This document shows positions 35,035-43,570 of a stretch of 44,924 bases of DNA, piece by piece. The first letter of the stretch is position 1; every line of letters begins with the position of its first letter. The DNA is taken from NCBI GenBank assembly GCA_946562005.1, contig CAMNVD010000001.1, forward strand, positions 1 to 44,924, read 5' to 3'. A program made the translations under genes and the position numbers. Source of the stretch: an uncultured Clostridia bacterium (lineage in GTDB: Bacteria > Bacillota > Dehalobacteriia > UBA4068 > JAAVYR01). The notes below the pieces were generated by a model that saw only the letters and a program-made list of their open reading frames with translations, made no database searches and was not told the origin of the DNA.

Positions 35035-36189
35035 ATGACCCAGGAACAACCAACCCCCAATGCAGACCCTAAGACTTCCGCCTCCGCTCCCCAAGATGAA
35101 ATCGTCAAGGATGATAAAGTATATACAGCTTATCCCATGGTAGAGGAAGAAAACGCAGAAAAAGAGCCGCCTACCTATGAGCAGGGCCCCGGCTACTATC
35201 AGACCAGAAGCGGCTATTACCGGCAATACGAGCGCACCGAACAGACCGAACCATGGCCCCATCATCAAAATCAGCAAGGCGCCGCCAACGGCCCTACCTA
35301 CCAAAACACTGCCACAAACCAGCAGTACCATGGCGGGCAGCAATATGCCAATGGCAATAGAAACGCCTATCAGAATCAGCAACAAAACCAAAATCAATAT
35401 CAAGGCGGACAGAACAACTGGAACAACGCCCAACAGCAACATAGACAATATCAACAACAGCAAAACCAACAGCAGTATGGACAAAATCAGAATCAGACCC
35501 AAAATCAAAATCAGAATCAACAATCACAGAACCATCAAGCAACAGGCAATCAGAGCAATCCCTCTATGAGTCAAATCGTAAACCAAATCCTCCAGGCACT
35601 ACAACAGAATGGCGCCGCTAATAACGGGGCAACCGCAAACACCAACGCCAACAACACCGGCAACAATGCTGCTGCCGGAACAGGGAGTGCCGGTGGCGGG
35701 GCTTCTCTCCTAACCCAACTTGCTCCTGTTATCAAATCTTTTATGAGCAATGGCAGCGCCGCAGCCGGACAAAATGGCAACACCATCCAAGCCATTACGA
35801 ACTTCGTTAATCAAAACGGCGGTATCGGCGCCGTGCTGAATATGTTAGGCGCCACAAGCGGAGGACTAGGCAATACTTCAAGCGCTGCAAGTGCCGCTAC
35901 CGGCGGCGGATTACTGGGAAGCTTGGGCTCCTATCTAGGGAAAACCTTGAGAGGCAAACCTCTGCGGGGCAGCAATATGAATCAAATGAATCAGATGGGC
36001 CAAATGGGAGCAATGGGACAAAACGGTTATCACCCTATGGGCGGCAGAGGCTACGGCAGTCCCGGTAATATGCCGGGCGGCTATGGGACGCCCTACCAAG
36101 GAGGCGGCGCCCCAGGGCAAGCAGTCCCCTCCTGGAATGAAGTACAGCAAATGGTCAACAACTGGCGAAACACGCCGCAAAACAGATAA
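35035..36189 (+). CDS. Gln/Asn-rich low-complexity protein (prion-like composition), unknown function
   Basis: 384 aa with AAGGAG 8 nt upstream of the ATG. Acidic N-terminus, then residues about 77-175 at roughly 60% Q+N (QNQQQNQNQYQGGQNNWNNAQQQHRQYQQQQNQQQYGQNQNQTQNQNQNQQSQN). This is followed by a G/A/S/N-rich region and an M/G/Q/Y-rich tail. Confidence 0.65.
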   Translation: MTQEQPTPNADPKTSASAPQDEIVKDDKVYTAYPMVEEENAEKEPPTYEQGPGYYQTRSGYYRQYERTEQTEPWPHHQNQQGAANGPTYQNTATNQQYHGGQQYANGNRNAYQNQQQNQNQYQGGQNNWNNAQQQHRQYQQQQNQQQYGQNQNQTQNQNQNQQSQNHQATGNQSNPSMSQIVNQILQALQQNGAANNGATANTNANNTGNNAAAGTGSAGGGASLLTQLAPVIKSFMSNGSAAAGQNGNTIQAITNFVNQNGGIGAVLNMLGATSGGLGNTSSAASAATGGGLLGSLGSYLGKTLRGKPLRGSNMNQMNQMGQMGAMGQNGYHPMGGRGYGSPGNMPGGYGTPYQGGGAPGQAVPSWNEVQQMVNNWRNTPQNR

Positions 36190-36247
36190 AAATATAACCT
36201 ACTATCACCTATGCAAAAGGGATAGTAGGTTTTTTATAATCTTTTAT

Positions 36248-36736
36248 TTATTGCAGCACTATAGCGCTGCACAGCCAACCAATCAGGCTGCCCACTAATA
36301 CATCAGACGGAAAATGTAATCCCAAATAAATGCGGGATACCGCCACCATTAAAGCGATGCCGAAAAACACCGGCGCTAACCATGGCACCCCCCAAGAAGC
36401 CATAGTAGCCATGCAAAAAATGGTTGCTGAGTGGCCCGAAGGGAAGGAATAATCAGAAAGAGCAAAATTATGGTCAAAGTTTACATTAGGCAGCGCCTCA
36501 TAAGGGCGAGTGCGAGAAATATGCTGCTTTAAAAACTGAACGATAATCTGGGTCAACGCTAAAGCGATAAGTGTCTTTTGCAGTGGAAAAATAGACAAAA
36601 AGGAAAACACCACCAAAATGCAAAAGGTCGCCATGGCGCCGCCAATATTAGTGAAATACGGCATAATCTTATCTAAAAAAGGCGTTTTTAAGTTGTCGTT
36701 AATCAAGTTGAATAATTTGATATCCCATTTTAGCAT
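36248..36736 (-). CDS. PAP2-family membrane phosphatase (undecaprenyl-diphosphatase BcrC-like)
   Basis: KxxxxxxRP-like SRTRPY, PSGHSA and SRIYLGLHFPSDV motifs, plus TM helices. Confidence 0.8.
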   Translation of the reverse strand: MLKWDIKLFNLINDNLKTPFLDKIMPYFTNIGGAMATFCILVVFSFLSIFPLQKTLIALALTQIIVQFLKQHISRTRPYEALPNVNFDHNFALSDYSFPSGHSATIFCMATMASWGVPWLAPVFFGIALMVAVSRIYLGLHFPSDVLVGSLIGWLCSAIVLQ

Positions 36737-37106
36737 AGCTGTCCCCGCCTTTCTTCTTGACCTGATTTAAGTTTATTATACACCTATTTCGGCAAGATAA
36801 CCCTGAGAAAACCCATTTTTCGTAAAATTTTTTTCTTTCTATATTATATAGACGAAAGAGCCACCTTTCTGTTGCCAATTTCCTGTTAATTTTTTCTAAA
36901 ATTTTCCTAAAAACATCGTAAGATAGAGAAAAACCATGGAAAACATTGGAAAACATTGGTGATAAAATTTCTCTGCCACTGGAGCAGGAAATTGGCATTT
37001 TATCAAGAATTTATGAGAATATACGTCTTATTATCCATAAATGATAATTGACTATTGATAATGGCTATAAAATAAATTCTTCAAGAAAGAAAGGAGCTTC
37101 TCCCCT

Positions 37107-38276
37107 ATGACAACAGGTAAAAAAATATTGCTGGCAAGCGCTGTTTTTTGCAGTGCCTTCGGCATTTTTAATATGGGTGAGCCATCCTTGCAGGCTACAG
37201 GAGAGATTAAAGTATATATCAACGGCACAGAAATGACCACTGACGTGCCGCCCCTTTTAGACCATGACAGGACTCTGGTCCCAATGCGGGCTATCGGGGA
37301 GCAATTAGGTTGCACGGTAAACTACGACGCTGCCACGAAAAAGGTAACCATTAACGGCAGAGGACAAAATGTGGTCCTCACCGTCAATCAAAAACAAGCT
37401 TACATCAACAACCAAGAACAGCTTTTGGACGTGCCGGCAAAGGTGGTAAATGGCCGGACCTTAGTGCCCCTCCGATTCGTTGGACAATCCCTAAATGCAA
37501 CAGTAGATTGGAACGGCGCTACCCAAACAGTTACCATCACTACCGCTGCTGACGGCAATAACAATAACAGCAATAACAGTGGCAATACCGCCAACAATAA
37601 CACCAATTATCCCCAAAGCTGGGACGCCTCTGCCACCTGGGAACAAGAGCTTTTAACCTTAGTCAACAAGGCTCGAGCTGATTTAGGCCTTAAGGAATTA
37701 GTAGCCATTGATGATGTGGCAGCGCTTTCTCGCAGTCATAGCCGAGATATGGCGGTAAATGGTTTCTTCGACCACACCTCCCCGCAAAAAGGCTCAGCCG
37801 AAGGGCGGATGACAGCAGCTGGCCTACCGCCCTGCCTAGAAAATATTGCCCATGGTTATATGAGCGCCACCGATACCTTTAATGCATTGATGGCCTCTCC
37901 TAGCCATCGCAACAATATCCTAAATCCTGACGGCGCTTTCTTTGGCGCAGGGGCCTATAGCGTCCCCGTTACAGAAGGAAAGACAGAAGATGTGTTCGTC
38001 ACCATGGACATTGTCACAGGCGACAGCTTCTTCACCATGAACCGTAATCAAACCATTACCGCAGAAACCCTTTCTGTAAAAGGGTACACCACAAAAGACA
38101 GCGTCAACGTTACCGCTTTCCTCTTAGTATCCGGCAAGGATAACACCTATGCAGAAAAGCAGACTTTCCCCATGACGGTAAAAGGCAACCAATTTAACGG
38201 GGAAATCAAACTCTGGAAGACAGGCAAATATGTGATTAACGTCGGTGACGATAACCTTGTCATCACCAAACAATAG
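37107..38276 (+). CDS. secreted CAP/SCP-domain protein (YkwD-like) with N-terminal copper-amine-oxidase-N repeats
   Basis: Signal peptide present. Repeats DRTLVPMRAIGEQLGCTVNYD and GRTLVPLRFVGQSLNATVDWNG. Asn-rich linker, then a CAP core with SRSHSRDMAVNGFFDHTSP and SPSHRNNIL. Confidence 0.8.
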   Translation: MTTGKKILLASAVFCSAFGIFNMGEPSLQATGEIKVYINGTEMTTDVPPLLDHDRTLVPMRAIGEQLGCTVNYDAATKKVTINGRGQNVVLTVNQKQAYINNQEQLLDVPAKVVNGRTLVPLRFVGQSLNATVDWNGATQTVTITTAADGNNNNSNNSGNTANNNTNYPQSWDASATWEQELLTLVNKARADLGLKELVAIDDVAALSRSHSRDMAVNGFFDHTSPQKGSAEGRMTAAGLPPCLENIAHGYMSATDTFNALMASPSHRNNILNPDGAFFGAGAYSVPVTEGKTEDVFVTMDIVTGDSFFTMNRNQTITAETLSVKGYTTKDSVNVTAFLLVSGKDNTYAEKQTFPMTVKGNQFNGEIKLWKTGKYVINVGDDNLVITKQ

Positions 38277-38386
38277 CGCCTGCCCTACCGTAAAAAGATT
38301 ACCAGCTATTTTATATTCAAGGTATTCCGTCAAGGAAGCAGCACATTTTTATTCTGCGCCCAATGGCAAATGATAGAAAAAGATAG

Positions 38387-38426
38387 AAAAAGAAGGAACT
38401 GTCCCTCGGACAGTTCCTTCTTTTTT
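38387..38426 (+). terminator. intrinsic terminator after the CAP-domain gene
   Basis: GAAGGAACTGTCC-ctc-GGACAGTTCCTTC followed by TTTTTT. Confidence 0.85.
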
Positions 38427-38615
38427 GGGGAGGAAGTACCTATTGATGGATAAGAAACAACATTTATCTTTTACTTTTTCTTTTACTTTTTCTTTTACCG
38501 TTGTCTTTCCCGTATTCCGAAATATCTTTGCGAAAGAAATATTTTAGAAATGCACTTGTTAAGGCTGGCGCCTCATATTACCGGGAAAAACCGCTGTTTT
38601 TTCTATCTGTTTCTT

Positions 38616-38987
38616 TTATCCATTCTTTTTTCTTTCAGGAAATTTGAACCAAGAGCTTACAGTAGAGAGTGCCGCCATCAGCAGGATGATAAGCACCATG
38701 TTGAAAAACCCCTTCACTGCAAAGCCTTTGATTGTCACTTTTGCGACAATAAGCAAGATACCATCTAACAGACAGGATAGCCCAAAGAAAACAGCAATAT
38801 TCTCTAAAGAGTCTAACCGTCTCTTAGCTAGAAGGAAAAATGGTAACAGTAATCCGTTCATGACCCCAAAAAGAAGCGCTGCCATAAAAACACCGGCAAA
38901 ATTGGCCGTATCAAGCCCTGGCAACACACAAAAACTTAAGCCTATTCCAATCACATTGATCAATAATCTCCAGGCAAATGCACTCAT
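38616..38987 (-). CDS. small 4-TM membrane protein of the phage-holin-4_2 / DUF360 type
   Basis: 123 aa. LINVIGIGLSFCVLPGLDTANFAGVFMAALLFGVMNGLLLP resembles the DUF360 N-terminal pattern. Confidence 0.55.
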   Translation of the reverse strand: MSAFAWRLLINVIGIGLSFCVLPGLDTANFAGVFMAALLFGVMNGLLLPFFLLAKRRLDSLENIAVFFGLSCLLDGILLIVAKVTIKGFAVKGFFNMVLIILLMAALSTVSSWFKFPERKKNG

Positions 38988-39357
38988 GTTGTATTCTCAC
39001 TTCCTCTTTGTGTTTTACCACTTTTTCTTCTGCCTATATATATTTTACTTTTTCTCTCTTTTTCCTTTTCAAAACTACAATATCTTTTCGACAAAAAAAA
39101 CAGCTATTTAAGGCAGGAAAATAAAATGCCTGCTTAACCCATAAACCACCTGTCGAAAATTCATTCATTAAGGGGAAAAGTTTTTCTATTGGTTCTGCGA
39201 AATTTCCCTAAATTTTACTTGTCACTATCTTTTACTGGAAAAGCGCTCTCGGCTAAAGTCGTAATCCGTCGAATTTTCATGGAAAGTTCTCTATTCAGTC
39301 TGAAAATCTCTCATGCTAAAATAAACATAGCGTAAATACAGGAAAGAGGATGACACC

Positions 39358-40122
39358 ATGAAGATACAAACAAACAGTGAAAAGGAAATCAACACGGCAG
39401 TCTTTTGGCAGGCTGAAGATATTGTTCCAGACATAGACGAGATTTATTTACAACAACTGCATATCCGCTTAGGAGAGATGGTCTGGCACTTATACCATCA
39501 GCTGCCCAGTCTGCTCCGGCCTGCGTCTGTCAGCGACTTCATCTCCCAAGAAATCGCCGGCATCTATCAGTCTCTCACTAGAGAACGCCTTCTGGAAAGA
39601 TATCGTGACCCCACCGGCAGCCGCCGCCATGTAGAGGATGTTTATTTTATCTGGCTAAAGCAACGAACCCTAACCAAGCTCCTCTTTCCGTCCATTGCTT
39701 ACATCTTACAAACACCGGCCACCGCTTTTCGGTCCCTAGAACCGGATATCTTCATCAGCAAAGACTTTAGCCCGCAGCAAAGTTTTCTCATCCAGGTCTT
39801 AGACGATGAGCCTTTGAGATTGCAACTGATTTTTGACGCTGACGGCAGCTATCGACTACCGGAAGACCAGATAAACACAGCGCAAGCCTTCTACCAAAAA
39901 ACCGAACACACCACCCTGTTCCTCTATCTGGACGTACTAAAAAACCAGGGCGCACTCCTTCCCTTAGACCAGATAAATGCAAAGGAACAACATCTCACCC
40001 CCCTCCAAGAAGAAAACAAGCATGGAATCCACCTTTCCCCAGAGGACTTTACCTGGCACTTTTCACAAATTCCGCCTATTTACAGAGAAAAACATCCCCC
40101 CTCTGCCACGGCCATGGGCTAA
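39358..40122 (+). CDS. hypothetical protein (254 aa)
   Basis: Clean ORF with AAAGAGGA upstream of the ATG. No motif recognised. Confidence 0.5.
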   Translation: MKIQTNSEKEINTAVFWQAEDIVPDIDEIYLQQLHIRLGEMVWHLYHQLPSLLRPASVSDFISQEIAGIYQSLTRERLLERYRDPTGSRRHVEDVYFIWLKQRTLTKLLFPSIAYILQTPATAFRSLEPDIFISKDFSPQQSFLIQVLDDEPLRLQLIFDADGSYRLPEDQINTAQAFYQKTEHTTLFLYLDVLKNQGALLPLDQINAKEQHLTPLQEENKHGIHLSPEDFTWHFSQIPPIYREKHPPSATAMG

Positions 40123-40337
40123 AATATCCCTTGTCGGGGAATCCGGAAAAAGCGGGGATTGTGTAAATTTTTCTTGCCATTCTAGAGAAATAGATTATAA
40201 TTTAATTAGTAAGAAAAGATTCTGCCTTACTGCAAAAAAATAATAGCATTTTTTTCGGTGAGACAGATTTTTTTATATTTTTATCATCCACCGAATATGT
40301 AAATAAAAATAAATTGTTTTTGGAGGTACGATTTGTT

Positions 40338-41918
40338 ATGGTAACCAGAGAAAATTTGGCCCAATCCGGTATTGTCAATGTAAAAAACATTTACAGCAAC
40401 CTGTCCCCTACCCTCTTAGTAGAATATGCCCTCGCCCATGAAGACGCAGTGCTGTCTAGCACCGGGGCATTGAGAGTAGAAACAGGTAAATATTCCGGCC
40501 GTTCTCCTTTGGACCGTTTTATCGTAGATAGCCCTGCTATCCATGACAAGGTAGACTGGGGTGAAGTCAACCGTCCTATCGACAAAGAAACCTATGAAAA
40601 ATTATCCCACCGCTTAGAAGCATATCTAGCAGGGAAAGACGTATTCGTATTCGACGGCTTTGTAGGCGCTGACGAAAACCACCGCTTAAACATCCGCGTC
40701 ATCAACGAATACGCTTGGCAAAACCTATTCGTACATCAGATGTTCATCCGTCCTACCGTGGAACAGTTAGCAGCCTTCGCACCGAACTTCACTGTTATCG
40801 CCTGCCCTGGCTTCCAAGGAGTACCGGAAGTAGACGGTACCCGTTCTGAAGTATTCGTTATCTTAAACTTCGACGAAAAGAAAATCATCATCGGCGGCAG
40901 CAGCTACCCAGGTGAGATTAAAAAATCCTGCTTCACCCTGATGAACTATTTCCTTCCAGAAAAAGGTGTCTGCCCAATGCACTGCTCTGCTAATATGGGC
41001 GATGATAATGACACCGCCCTCTTCTTTGGTCTTTCTGGTACCGGGAAAACTACCCTCTCCGCCGACCCGAACCGTCATTTAATCGGTGACGACGAACACG
41101 GCTGGTCCCCAGACGGTATCTTCAACTTTGAAGGCGGCTGCTATGCCAAATGTTTAGACTTAACCCGTGAAGGCGAACCCCAAATCTTCGACGCCATCCG
41201 TTTCGGCAGCCTCTTAGAAAATGTTATCTTAGACCCGGAAACCAGAGTGGCAGATTATCACGATGATAAATTGAGCAAAAACACCCGGGCTGCTTATCCT
41301 ATCGAATACATTCCTGGCGCTGTGATGTCTGGCAAAGGCACCCAGCCAAACGCCATCTTCTTCTTAGCGGCAGACTCTCGGGGCGTATTGCCTCCTATTT
41401 CCCGGTTAGACATTAACCAAGCTTGCTATCACTACCTCTCCGGCTACACCAGTAAAATGGCCGGCTTAGAACGAGGCATTACCGAATCTCAAGCAACCTT
41501 CTCCGCAGGCTTTGGCTCTCCATTCCTGGTACGTCCTGCCGGTGTTTATGCTGATATCTTGAAAAAGAATATCGAAAAATATGGTACCAAAGTATACTTA
41601 ATCAATACTGGTTGGACTGGCGGCCCATACGGTGTAGGCCACCGCATCCCATTAAAATACACTCGTTCCATGGTAACGGCGGCTCTCACCGGCGCTTTTG
41701 ACAACGTTGAATTTGTCAAAGATGAAGTATTTGGCCTGGCTATGCCTACCAGCTGCCCAGACGTACCGGCTGACATCTTAAACCCAAGAAACACTTGGGA
41801 TGATAAAGCCGCTTATGACGAAGCCGCTTATGCCCTTGCAGCGCTCTTTGTAGAAAACTTCAAAACCTTAAAAGGCGTAGCACCAGAAATCATCGCAGCT
41901 GGTCCTAAAACCAAATAG
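40338..41918 (+). CDS. pckA: phosphoenolpyruvate carboxykinase (ATP)
   Basis: GLSGTGKTTLS kinase-1a motif, IGDDEHGW and GGCYAKC. Start set at ATG 40338 after GGAGG. Codon usage looks highly expressed. Confidence 0.95.
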   Translation: MVTRENLAQSGIVNVKNIYSNLSPTLLVEYALAHEDAVLSSTGALRVETGKYSGRSPLDRFIVDSPAIHDKVDWGEVNRPIDKETYEKLSHRLEAYLAGKDVFVFDGFVGADENHRLNIRVINEYAWQNLFVHQMFIRPTVEQLAAFAPNFTVIACPGFQGVPEVDGTRSEVFVILNFDEKKIIIGGSSYPGEIKKSCFTLMNYFLPEKGVCPMHCSANMGDDNDTALFFGLSGTGKTTLSADPNRHLIGDDEHGWSPDGIFNFEGGCYAKCLDLTREGEPQIFDAIRFGSLLENVILDPETRVADYHDDKLSKNTRAAYPIEYIPGAVMSGKGTQPNAIFFLAADSRGVLPPISRLDINQACYHYLSGYTSKMAGLERGITESQATFSAGFGSPFLVRPAGVYADILKKNIEKYGTKVYLINTGWTGGPYGVGHRIPLKYTRSMVTAALTGAFDNVEFVKDEVFGLAMPTSCPDVPADILNPRNTWDDKAAYDEAAYALAALFVENFKTLKGVAPEIIAAGPKTK

Positions 41919-41948
41919 GACTCCGCCACAAATTACATAAATAAAACC

Positions 41949-41990
41949 AACTACCTCTTACATATATTTCGTGTAAGAGGTAGTTTTTTT
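41949..41990 (+). terminator. intrinsic terminator after pckA
   Basis: CTACCTCTTACA / TGTAAGAGGTAG stem followed by TTTTTTT. Confidence 0.85.
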
Positions 41991-42113
41991 AGATCCTTCG
42001 CTATCGCTCAGGATGACAAAGACCAGCCACTTCGTACGAAATCAAACTTACTACTTCCTAGGCATAAGGCAGTGATTGGAAACAGTAAGTAATGTTTTCA
42101 TACTTAGTAACAG
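41991..42113 (+). repeat. MITE/REP-like repeat, long form lacking the 3' end
   Basis: AGATCCTTCGCTATCGCTCAGGATGACAAAGACCAGCCACTTCGTACGAAATCAAAC... is a diverged 5' core plus centre. Confidence 0.65.
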
Positions 42114-42227
42114 GTTATAAATATACAAAATACATCAGAAATCCCCATTGACAGTATGATACTTTAGCATTAAACTATTTGTATATTCTGATAACAAAAT
42201 AGCTTAAAATAGATAGGAGGCATTTTC

Positions 42228-42986
42228 ATGGGAAAATTAGACAGGAAAGTAGCCATCATCTCCGGCTCTGCCCAAGGGGTAGGCAAAGGGGTAGCAGAAG
42301 CCATGGCAGGTCATGGTGCAAAGGTAGTCATCTTAGATATTAACCAAGAAGGGGCAGAAAAAACTGCCGCTGAAATCGTAGCTGCTGGAGGAGAAGCCAT
42401 CGGCTTAGGCTGTGACATCAGCCAAAAAGACCAAATCCAACAAGTGGTGGACAAAACCGTAGAAGTATTCGGCACAGTAGACATTATGGTTAATAACGCC
42501 CATGCGTCCAAGCAGAAACCTTTTGAAACATTGACAGAAGAGGATTTTGCTCTTTCCTTTAACACCGGTTTCTGGGGCACATACTACTTCATGCAGGCAG
42601 TATTCCCTATTTTCAAGGAGAAGAAAGCCGGGAAAATCATTAACTTTGGCTCCAACAGCAGCATCTTAGGCCATGCTTACCAAGGGGCATATGCCGCTGC
42701 CAAAGAAGCCATCGGCGCCATCACCAAAGTAGCAGCTACCGAATGGGGCGTTTACAACATCAATGTAAATATCCTCTGTCCTTTTGCCAACTCCCCCGGT
42801 ATGATAGCATGGTCTCAAAACTTCCCGGAAGAATACAACAAAACCATCAGCCGCATTCCCTTGCGCCGGGTAGGCGACTGCAAAGACGACATCGGTGAAG
42901 TAGCTGCATGGCTAGGTTCTCATGAATCTGACTATGTAACAGGGCAAACCATCTTAGTAGACGGTGGCGCCCACTATGTCAGATAA
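42228..42986 (+). CDS. SDR-family oxidoreductase
   Basis: GSAQGVGKG Rossmann motif, NNAH, and the S...YAAAK catalytic pattern. AGGAGG lies upstream. Confidence 0.85.
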   Translation: MGKLDRKVAIISGSAQGVGKGVAEAMAGHGAKVVILDINQEGAEKTAAEIVAAGGEAIGLGCDISQKDQIQQVVDKTVEVFGTVDIMVNNAHASKQKPFETLTEEDFALSFNTGFWGTYYFMQAVFPIFKEKKAGKIINFGSNSSILGHAYQGAYAAAKEAIGAITKVAATEWGVYNINVNILCPFANSPGMIAWSQNFPEEYNKTISRIPLRRVGDCKDDIGEVAAWLGSHESDYVTGQTILVDGGAHYVR

Positions 42987-43440
42987 GAGCTGCAATCACT
43001 CTGAAGAATTTGATGTTTTTGCCCTCATTCACAGCTACGAGCAATTCTTCAGCAAAACTCATACTTACTGGCACAAACGGTATAAAAACTATATCGGTAC
43101 CAATCGGGTCCATGCCTTAGCAGAACTAGAACGGACCCCCCTTTTGAATCAAAAAGAACTGGCCGAACGGCTCTGCATCACGCCAGGCGCCATCACCACC
43201 ATGACGGATGACCTAGAAAAGCGAGGACTTATCGAGAAGGCATATAGCCCAAAAGACAAACGCACCATCGAGCTGCGCATTACTCCAGAAGGGCAAGCGC
43301 TCCTAGCAGAAACCCTCACCATCGCCAAAGGCTATGTAGAAGAAATCTGCAATGTCCTCTCCCAAGAGGAAAAGGAAGCCCTCTTTGCCATTAACCAAAA
43401 GCTATGCGTACATTTAGACCAATTTATTAAAGACAAATAA
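42976..43440 (+). CDS. MarR-family transcriptional regulator
   Basis: LNQKELAERLCITPGAITTMTDDLEKRGLIEKAYSPKDKRTIELRITPEG is a winged HTH. ATG 42976 overlaps the SDR 3' end by 11 nt. Confidence 0.85.
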   Translation: MSDKSCNHSEEFDVFALIHSYEQFFSKTHTYWHKRYKNYIGTNRVHALAELERTPLLNQKELAERLCITPGAITTMTDDLEKRGLIEKAYSPKDKRTIELRITPEGQALLAETLTIAKGYVEEICNVLSQEEKEALFAINQKLCVHLDQFIKDK

Positions 43441-43442
43441 AC

Positions 43443-43475
43443 AAAAAGACAACCGAACAATTCGGTTGTCTTTTT
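43443..43475 (+). terminator. intrinsic terminator after marR
   Basis: AGACAACCGAA / TTCGGTTGTCT stem followed by TTTT. Confidence 0.8.
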
Positions 43476-43562
43476 AGATTCTTCAAACTTAGCCACTTTT
43501 ACGGAAAAAATAACCTACTACCTCTTACTTGCAATTTTATGCTAAGAGGCAGTAGGTTTCTC
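43476..43562 (+). repeat. MITE/REP-like repeat, degenerate fragment
   Basis: AGATTCTTCAAACTTAGCCACTTTTACGG... followed by a CTACTACCTCTTAC / GCTAAGAGGCAGTAG hairpin. Confidence 0.45.
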
Positions 43563-43570
43563 TTTTCTTC

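Noticed and set aside
34981-35523. A 180-aa minus-strand ORF made almost entirely of Leu/Ile/Val (LILILILGLILIL...) that looks like a polytopic membrane protein.
   Set aside because: It is the antisense reading of the CAA/CAG/AAT-rich Q/N tract of the plus-strand gene. It has no SD, it is shorter than the plus-strand ORF, and its composition is fully explained by complementarity.
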